A DNA stretch of 29,966 bases, taken from Rhizaria sp. SCN 62-66. Lineage: Eukaryota. The notes below the pieces were generated by a model. The model was not told where the DNA came from, ran no database searches, and saw nothing but the letters and a program-made list of their open reading frames with translations. The stretch lies in assembly GCA_001724265.1 (NCBI GenBank), contig MEDY01000158.1, positions 62,001-91,966 of the forward strand. Direction: 5' to 3'. Positions 21,941 through 29,966 of this stretch are shown in pieces (the first letter of the stretch is position 1; each line of letters starts with the position of its first letter). A program made the translations under genes and the position numbers.

Positions 21941-22573
21941 CGCGCGCGCGCGAGGGAGGATGGAAACCATCTTGGTGCCAGATTGCGTGTCGAGTTTTAA
22001 GTCTAGGCCGAGCGTGTCCGGAAGAAGCAGCGCGCCGAAAACGTCGTCTCCAATGAAGATATTGTTATTTTAGTCTATCAGCGCCCTGCTTACACATCTA
22101 AGTTGCAATTTTAACGCGCATATCTAATTACAGCGCTTTCTGTACTGCGATTTTGAATATGTGGTTCATCCGTTGAAGCGCACCAGTGAGTGCTGTGTCA
22201 TCTGGAGAAACTTTCTGTTTTGCGAGAGACACTCGTCGTAAATGTGAGACATCGAATGAGCCATAAACATTAAACTGTTTAATCACACTGTGCAGAAAAT
22301 TACACCACGCGAATAGCTTATCTTGGCTAGTTTAACCTGATAAAAAGTATCGCCCATCCGCACCGCAACTAACTGACGTCGCCTTGCTTCTGTTTCATCC
22401 TACACGACACTCCATACCAGGCGAGATCCGCCTTTTAATAAGGGCGATTGACTTTATTGAGAACGCGTTCAACTAAAACGTGTCTCAAAAGAAAGATCGA
22501 CTTTTCAGCGGGGTCTCCACCCCTTCCGAATTACCGCGAAGCTCTGTTGGCCACGCCGCTGACTCCGCGCCAA

Positions 22574-25500
22574 ATGCGGCCCTGCAGCAGCCCCATCAGG
22601 CTGCTCTCATCTGCCGCCCGCACACACCGCACGCCCTTGCGCGTTTTTACTCTCCTATCCCTTTTTGTTGCCGTTCTGCTCGCTGCGTCACCCGCCGCAG
22701 CCGCGCCCTCCGTCTCCCACTACTCGCCGTCCGCCGCGTCTTCCACCGCTTCAGCTACGCAGGGCGTGGTCGGTGCGGATGCCGTGGGCGTGCTCGACGA
22801 CGCCAGCATGCTCTACGGTGGCGGCGCAGTGCTAGACGACGAGGACGACGTCTTCAACGACCCCTTGCTTTACGCTCGCACACACAGCTCGACTCACCGC
22901 ACCGCCTCCTCAAACTCTGCCACAGCCGCAGCCGCGGCAGCAGCGGCGGCATCGCGCGCGTCGGGCGCCGGCAACGGCGGGTACAAGGGCTACCCGCGCT
23001 CCGGCGCCACGTCACACCCGCCGCGCGCGGCCTCTGGGATTGGGTCACTTGGAATCACCGCCGACGCCGCCGCCGCGGCAGCCGCAGCCGCGGCCGCCGA
23101 CGCGCTTAGCGGACGCGGCTCGCCCGCAGCCACGGCCGCCGCGGGCGGTGGCGCGGGCTCGAGCGCGAGCGCGGCGGACACGCTTGCGGCGGACTCTATG
23201 GCTGCGACATCACGCTTCCTCGTGGATCTGACGATCATCGCAGCGTCGCAACTCTTCTTCTTCGCTGTCGGCTGGGTGTTTTTCCAGTCTAAGCTGCTCC
23301 ACAGCTCCCACCTCGACGAAGCGACCGCCGCGGCTGTGGGCGCCGCTATTGGGGCCGCCTCGGGGCCTGGCGCCACAGCGGGCGCCGTCGCCGCGGCCGG
23401 CGTGCTGCCCCTGCCGGCCGCTCTCAGCGCCGTCTCACTCGACGACACGACGGGCGGCGGCGGGATCGGCTCGGCGACGGCTGCGGCTGCTGTTGCAGCG
23501 GCCGCCGGAGGATCGCCGTCTGTTGCGTCGCTACGACTGCGGCTGCGGCTAGTGCGCGCGCTTTTCTCCCTCACGTTCACTCTCTCCTGCTCGATGTTCC
23601 TTCTGATGCTGTTTGAGATCGCGGATGTGATGGATAAACGCAGTCGCTTGCTCAACTGGCGGCTTGACCTGACGGCGCTGCTCGTGCTGCTCATCTTCGT
23701 CATCCCAAACCTCACCATTTTTTCGGTCCTCACGCGGTACGCGCGGGACACGCGCCGCGCCGCTGCGCTCACTCTCGCTCTTTACGCACTGACTCTATAC
23801 GGCCTCTCAGCGCTCGCGTCGCCGCTTAACCTCACCATCACCACGGCCGCGCCCGCCGCCGGGGCCGCTGTCGGCGCCGCGGCCGACACTGCTGCAGCTG
23901 CAGCCGCCGCAGCCGCCGCAGCCGCGACCGCCTCCGCGTCCGCCGCAGCCGCCGCGGCGCGTGAGTCGGCCCCGTCCCTCCTCTGGTGGCTGTTCGAGTT
24001 TGACCGCGCTTTGGCGCGCATTGGCGTCGTCGGCGTCACGTCCATCGCCATTCTATCCGGGTTTGGCGCTGTCAACTGTCCTTACGAGTACCTCGAGGTG
24101 TTTTTGCGCAAGGTTGACCCGGCTCAGATCGCGCTGTCTGAGCGCCGTAGCTAGCGAGCGGCCACTTTATCGACCGCAAAGAAGCGCCTGTTAGTCGCGC
24201 TGATCAGGTTCCGCACGCGGAGGGACCGCGCGAACGCCGCCGCCGCTGCTGCTGCTGCTGCTGCTGCTGCGGGTGCGAGTACGGGTGACGCGACCGCGCA
24301 GCAGCAACAACAGAACGAGTTGCAGTTGCAACAGCAACAATTGCAGTACCAGTATCACCAGCAACAGCAACAGCAACAGTTTGGCTACCCCGTGGCTCCC
24401 TTCGGCGCGGGCCCTGCATTCAACAACGCCGGCACCTTATACGGACCACACCCGCAGCCGTATCTGACGGGCCAACCTGCGCCTCCGCAGCAGTTCCAGC
24501 CTCATTACCCGCGTCAGTACCAGCCTCAGTACCCGTTTGCGCCCATCCCCGCACCCGTCCCCGCGCCCGCGCCTGCTCTGCATTGCGCTCCTGTGACCGC
24601 CGCCTTTGCATCGCCGCCGCAGCCGGGCAACCCCGGTTTGTACGCACCGGGCGGCGCGGGGCCTGCTGACGCGCTTCTGTTACTGCCGCCGTCCGCGCTT
24701 GAGTCGGAGCCGTCTTCCCCCGCCGCGTCGCTACGCGCGATCCCCGACGAGGAGATCGGGCTCACGCTGCGGTCTGGCAGCAGCAGCGCCGGGGCGCGCA
24801 CGCGGACGACGGCCGCACAGCAGCGAAGGCCGGCGCAGACGCAGACGCAGCCGCTCAGTCACGCGCAAGCTCTGACGACACAGTCTCCGCAAACCACCGG
24901 ATTTGACGGGAGCGTGATTCACGGTGCAAAGACTGCGGGGATGAGTGCCAGAGCGCCGTATGCGCCGCTGCCGCTGGGTCTGGCGCCGTCTCCGCTTGCG
25001 CTTACACTGTCGGGCTCCTCGGCAGCGACTCTCATTGACCCCGCGCCCTACCAACAACAACAGCAACAGCAGCAGCAACAGCATGTTCGGCACCCGTATG
25101 CATACGCGGGGCCTGGTATCGCGTCGCTCGGCTTTGGCTTTGACGCGAACGCCGGCATTGACGCTACGACCGCTACTGCTGCTCCTGCTCCTGCTCCTGC
25201 TGGGGCGGGTGTAGGGGACGTGTTTGTTGACCCGTATTTGGCTGATGGTCACGCCGGAGACAACGCATACGGCTACGGTTACAACGACAATGATGCGGCT
25301 TACGGCGGGATCAGCTATCCTTTTAGCCCTGTCGGCGCCGACGGCGGCTTTGCTTACGACGAGTACGGTCAATTCTCCGGAGGCCACCCCGGACAGTACA
25401 GTCATTTCGGGCAATACGGCCAGTTCGACGACGACGCTGCGTTGTTAGAGCAACCGTTGTCGTCTTTCGCGTCCGCTGGCTACGCCGCTGCCACCGCGGC

Positions 25501-27994
25501 CGCCGCAGCCGCAGCCGCCGCCGCCGCGGACGCTGGCGCCGACGCCGACGCCCAGGCCCTCGCGGCCGCCGACGCCGCCGAGGCCGCCGCGGGCGCGGGC
25601 GTGGGCGGAGGCGGCGGCCGCGGGCTTGGCGGCGGACTCGCTGCGCTGCTCCCGGAGCCGGAGCAGGAGCAGGAGGCCGGTGCCGGCGCCGGCGCAGGGT
25701 CCGCGTCTGCTCTCACGCGCGGTGTTCAATCGGCCGGCTCACGATCACGTGGCAGCGTGAGCGCTACTGTCAGTGGAGCAGTCACAGAGGCACTTGGTTT
25801 CGTGCTCGGCCGCACAGTCGATGACGATGACGACGACGACGACGACGACGACAATGAGGGCGACGGCAACGCTGTGCGCATGCAGCGTCTACGGCTGGGG
25901 GGCGAAACTGACGCCACGGGGGTGCGGCGGACTCTGCTGACCAGCGGCGGCAACGCAGGCGCTCACAGTCACGGTCACGGGCCTAACGGTGGGCTTGCGC
26001 TGGGGCGCGGGCTGGGTCGGGCGCTAGGTCGGTCTGCCGCCAACTCTGACGACAACGACGATGACGATGATGACGACGACGGAGACAATTCGGACAACAT
26101 TGCGGTCAACGGCGACGGCGCTGGCGTCGACAGCGCTAAATCTGGCGATTCTACCGCTGTCTCTGGCGCAGGCGCTGGCGCAGGCGCTGGTGCAACGGGG
26201 ACTGGGGCGCGCCGCAGCCGCGCACAAGACCGCGAGCGCGAGCGTGAGCGCGAGTGGGCTCGCAGCCGCCGCGCGCGCGCACGTGCGATGGCTGACGTTA
26301 TGGCCGCTGCTGATTTCGACAGTGGCAACGCAAGCAGCACACACACACAACACACCGCGAACGCTGCGATGCATAGCATGGCGGCCCCACGCGCGCTGCT
26401 CCCGCGGTTTGACTCTGCGGCATCAGCGGCGTCCGCGGCGGCGGGCTTCTCCGATGCGCAGTCGAGTTCGTCTGAGACTGCACCGACTGACGCTGATGCC
26501 GACACGAGGCGCGCGCGCCAGTTCCCTGCGCCGCTGCTGCAGCCGCACCCGCAATACGCGCAACAGCAGCAACAACAGCAGTACTATGGTGCGCCTGTCG
26601 CCTACACTCAGCATCAGCAGTTATATAGTTACCCTGCGCTTGCGGGGCCAGCGGGGGGCTTTGCTCCTGGCCTTGGTCCCCACGGCCACGGCCACGGCGC
26701 TCCCGCTTATGCTGGATACCCGCCTCCCCCTCAGGGATATGGTGCTGCATACCCGCCGTACATGCAACAACAACAGCATTCCGCGTTTTCTCACCCCGCA
26801 CACTTTGCGAATGCCCAGGCGCAAGCTCACGCTGCTGCGATGCAGCAACAGCAGTTCATGCAGCAACAACAGCAACAGCAGCAGTTCCAGCATCAGCCGC
26901 ATCCTTTGCCCGACGCCTCCCAACAACAGCAACTCCAAACCCGGTCTGACGAGTCACACCAAGTGGAACTACAGTCGCACGCGCTCGCGCCTGACCAGAG
27001 CCAGAGCCAGAGTCAGGCGTACGGCCCCGACTGGCCTGACTGGGACGCCCCCGAGTGGGCGTGGCTGGGGGCCTCTCGCGCGCATCCTCCCTCCGCCGCA
27101 GCGACTGAGCGCGGTGTCTCACAGCTTTCCGTCGAAGTCCGCGCTCTCGAGGAAGTCCGCGCGTTTTACCACAGTGACCATGCTGCGCTGCTCGCCGGCC
27201 GCGGGCTGCAGCTCCGCGCGCGCACGCTACGCGGCCGCCTCACAAACTCACTGGGTTACCTACTCTCGCTCTTCTGTCTGTATAAGATCCTAACTTCGGC
27301 CGCGAACGTACTGTTGCGGCGCGCGGCGCGCACGGACCCTGCCTCGCGCGCGATCCAGCTTTTCCTCGAGTACGTGCTCGACCTAGACATCGACGTGCGC
27401 ACGTGGTCGCAGCACCTGTCGTTCGTCATGGTCGGCGCGCTCGTCGCGACGCAAATGCGCGGTTTCCTGCTCTTCATCGCCAAGGTTTTCCGCGCGTGGG
27501 CCGCTTTCATGACCGTAGACGCAGTGTTGCTTCTGCTGACGGAAGTCATGGGGACGTATTTCCTGTCCATGGTGCTGCTTCTGCGCGTGAATCTGCCCAC
27601 GCAGTACCGCCGCGTCATCACGAAAGTGCTTGGCAAGATCCAGTTCTCGTTCTACCACCGTTGGTTCGACGCTATCTTTGTCGTTTCCGCACTGCTTACG
27701 ATTGTCACGTTTGTCGTCTCGCGCAGGGCCGCTAGATCCAGGCTCGTGGACACTGGCTTCGCTCCGAGGCGCTCTACTGCAGCCCACGCTGGCCGTGGCG
27801 CGAGTGCGAGTGCGCGGGACAACGGGGCGCGCCGGGGACGCAAGCGCGGTGGCGCTAGCTCTGGCACGAGCAAGAGCACTGTGCCCGGTGCTATTGCTGG
27901 AGATGGTGGCGGCGAGCGCACGACGGGCGCCGGCAGTCCGCTGCTGGCGGCGTCGCGCGATGCGGACTCACGGCTGCGGCGCAGCAAGGTCTAA
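22574..27994 (+). CDS. GPR89: Golgi pH regulator / GPR89 / GPCR-type G protein (GTG) homolog; contains one in-frame TAG (24152-24154)
   Basis: N-half: FLVDLTIIAASQLFFFAVGWVFF, LFSLTFTLSCSMFLLMLFEI, RIGVVGVTSIAILSGFGAVNCPY. C-half: RTLRGRLTNSLGYLLSLFCLYKI, DVRTWSQHLSFVMVG, MGTYFLSMVLLLRVNLPTQYRRVIT, IQFSFYHRWFDAIFVVSA. ORFs 22448-24154 and 24320-27994 are in the same frame with only a TAG between. First ATG 22574 (alternative ATG 23198 just before the conserved part); ends TAA. Confidence 0.9.
24235..24271 (+). repeat. (GCC)/(GCT) trinucleotide run encoding poly-Ala just downstream of the GPR89 in-frame TAG
   Basis: gccgccgccgctgctgctgctgctgctgctgctgcg in the continuing frame, followed by CAG/CAA poly-Gln tracts. 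Confidence 0.85.
25820..25852 (+). repeat. (GAC/GAT)n run encoding poly-Asp in the GPR89 insertion
   Basis: gatgacgatgacgacgacgacgacgacgacgac; a second similar run lies at ~26048-26080. Confidence 0.85.
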
Positions 27995-28291
27995 GCAAAC
28001 CTGCGTTTCTCCTGAGCGAAACAATAACACAGCAAAACATGTTATGTAGTCCTGCGAATCCAACTTTATCCTACACAATGCTTACAATTTATACTTAGAT
28101 TCAATACATAGTCTGATTTCCCTTTCTCGCAACAACGTCTGTCTGTAGTTAATCTTGTTTGTATTGTTTTGTTTTGTTATTTGTGATGTCAATTGGTTTA
28201 AGTGTAAATATCTATATATACCGATCAAATTGGCACGCACCCATCCAACTTCGCTTTGCGCACGCAGTATTCCCGCATAGCACCCGCGCAA

Positions 28292-29293
28292 TTACGCGTT
28301 GTGGAGCGAGATGAGCTCATCAGAGATGGCCGCCGGTGTGAGGATACCGAGGTCCGTGAAGAGCAGCGTCACCAGCTCCGGCGGTGTGTAATCACTCGCT
28401 GGGTTGTACGCCACGCTCGCTGCCAGCGCGGCCGCCTTCTCCGCCGCAGCGCGCTCGGTCTCGGAGAGATTCGCGGGCATGGCGACCGACACGGGCACGG
28501 GGACGAAAGTGCCCTGCTGTTCGCGGGGCTCGAGCACGTCAAGCTGCGAGAGCGGGAACACACGCACGAAGCGGTACGACTCGGCCAGTGCGTAGAACGG
28601 CTTGTTCAGTGCCTTGGCCACCAGCGCGGTCTGGTACGTGCCAACGGACGCGATGAGTCCGCCAGACTCAACGACGCCATCGGCCGATGCAACGACCAAG
28701 TCAACGCGGCTCATGACAGCGGCCACGGCGGTGTCAGCGACGACTTCGACGGGGACGTCCGCGGCGGCGAGCGCGGCCGCGGTAGCGTAGCCGCGGCACA
28801 GCGGGCGCGCTTCGGGGACGACGACGTAGAACAGCTTGCCCGCCCGGCGCGCGTGCACCAGCGTGCGCACGAGAGTCGGCGAGTGGCCGCCCGCGACGAG
28901 CACGGTCTGCCCGTTGCGGAAGAAGCGGTTCGCCACGGCCGCCACGCGGTCGCACGCGGCAAGCGAGCTAAGTGCAAAGCAGCGGGAGCGCTCGCGCGCG
29001 GTCTCGAGAGACTCGGCCTTGGTGATGTAGTGCTGGAAGAAGTCGTAACAGCCCTTAAGCGCGACAGAACCCATGCTGAGCGAGAGACGCGCATCGCGCT
29101 GCGCGGGCGCAGAGTAGTGTGCGCGGATGGCATCCCACGCGCCGGTAACGGCGCGTCCAATGCCCTGTAGCGTGCGGTCGTCGCACGTCTCGGCCACCGT
29201 GGCCCAGGTCTGGATCGCGGCAAGCGGGACGTGGTTCTCATGCTTGGCCAAGTATGAGTGGAACATCGACACCGCGTCTGTTATGGGGAACAT
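28292..29293 (-). CDS. EIF2B1: Translation initiation factor eIF2B subunit alpha
   Basis: EARP, VADTAVAAVMSRVDLVVASADGVVESGG, GTYQTALVAKALNKPFYALAESYRFVRVFPLSQ, DYTPPELVTLLFTDLGILTPAAISDELI are characteristic of eIF2B alpha/GCN3; 333 aa, ATG to TAA. Confidence 0.93.
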   Translation of the reverse strand: MFPITDAVSMFHSYLAKHENHVPLAAIQTWATVAETCDDRTLQGIGRAVTGAWDAIRAHYSAPAQRDARLSLSMGSVALKGCYDFFQHYITKAESLETARERSRCFALSSLAACDRVAAVANRFFRNGQTVLVAGGHSPTLVRTLVHARRAGKLFYVVVPEARPLCRGYATAAALAAADVPVEVVADTAVAAVMSRVDLVVASADGVVESGGLIASVGTYQTALVAKALNKPFYALAESYRFVRVFPLSQLDVLEPREQQGTFVPVPVSVAMPANLSETERAAAEKAAALAASVAYNPASDYTPPELVTLLFTDLGILTPAAISDELISLHNA

Positions 29294-29966
29294 TTTTTCG
29301 AAGAGAAATCAAAGAAAAAACAACAGTGTAAGAGCGGACCTAAGTGTTGTCAAGTGTGATTTGTTTTCAGGAGAGGATGGGAGAGTGGAAGACGTACCTG
29401 GAACGGCACCCGATGCCTCCGGGATCACGGCAGACATTGTGAAAAGGCCTGGCAAATAGAAGAGCAAAAACAAGATATTGCGGAGTGTAAAAAAAAAGAG
29501 TTATGTGAAAGTTAATATTAATTCGGCAAAACGATGTGGCATAACTGATTAACGAACGCATTTGCAGAGAGACCTAATTTTGAATACTTGCCACAACCTG
29601 ATCTCGCAACCTGCGGCAGGTCACCATTGGTCAACTAACGTGACGAAGTTCCCATGGTTCCAATTTTGGGGTTGAAACTTTAACATTCTTTGATTCCGCA
29701 ATGTTTTAGTTCTTGATCAGTCCTTTATCGGTTATCAGGAGAGTATAGTTTTTTTTGTATCAGCTCGAGACAGCATATCTTATTCCTCTCTTTTTTGCTC
29801 TCGATTTAGCCCAACTTCCAGTCCAATTGTTACTTACAGTATATGTTCCCAGCCCATTCTCGCGCCTTTTTGGATGCTCAGGCTCTCTCAACGTGGCTGC
29901 AATTGTGGCTGAAGCTGCGGATGCGGCAGTGACTCTGACGAGTGTGCACGCCGCAGCGACGTCTAT

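Noticed and set aside
17816-24154. Pyrrolysine insertion at UAG
   Set aside because: Gene content is eukaryotic (PEX16, eIF2B alpha, GPR89, NEK); Pyl is not known in eukaryotes and the sites are non-catalytic.
17816-27994. Pseudogenes
   Set aside because: Only TAG disruptions occur, with no frameshifts or in-frame TAA/TGA over about 9.5 kb, and conserved motifs downstream are intact.
112-29459. Numerous overlapping antisense and alternate-frame ORFs of 100-345 aa
   Set aside because: Expected shadows of very GC-rich coding sequence; Arg/Ala/Ser-rich with no recognisable motifs.
29860-29966. Possible beginning of another gene (Ala-rich open frame LNVAAIVAEAADAAVTLTSVHAAATS)
   Set aside because: Too short, no in-frame ATG nearby, truncated by the window edge.
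1-29966. CRISPR array, transposon or prokaryotic operon
   Set aside because: No regularly spaced repeats, terminal repeats or transposase/RT motifs; genes are functionally unrelated eukaryotic genes.

Overview
Eukaryotic (protist-like) gene-dense window: seven apparently intronless, very GC-rich genes separated by short (~0.3-1.1 kb) AT-richer spacers. In order: a 5'-truncated NEK10-like kinase (+), glucose-6-phosphate 1-epimerase (-), a 2687-aa membrane protein with two PqiA-like domains (-), PEX16 (-), a site-2-protease (M50) family protein (+), a GPR89/GPHR/GTG homolog (+) and eIF2B alpha (-). The main discovery is that the ORF track fragments two genes only because of four in-frame TAG codons (18284, 20474, 20909, 24152). 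Reading through them gives single continuous frames of 1374 aa and 1806 aa with intact domain architecture, while all seven true gene ends are TAA or TGA. This points to a nuclear genetic code in which UAG alone is a sense codon (Gln favoured, Leu possible), or to systematic UAG readthrough. Most proteins are also strongly inflated by low-complexity insertions placed inside conserved domains. Family assignments are from remembered motifs, not database searches; the organism cannot be identified from this window.
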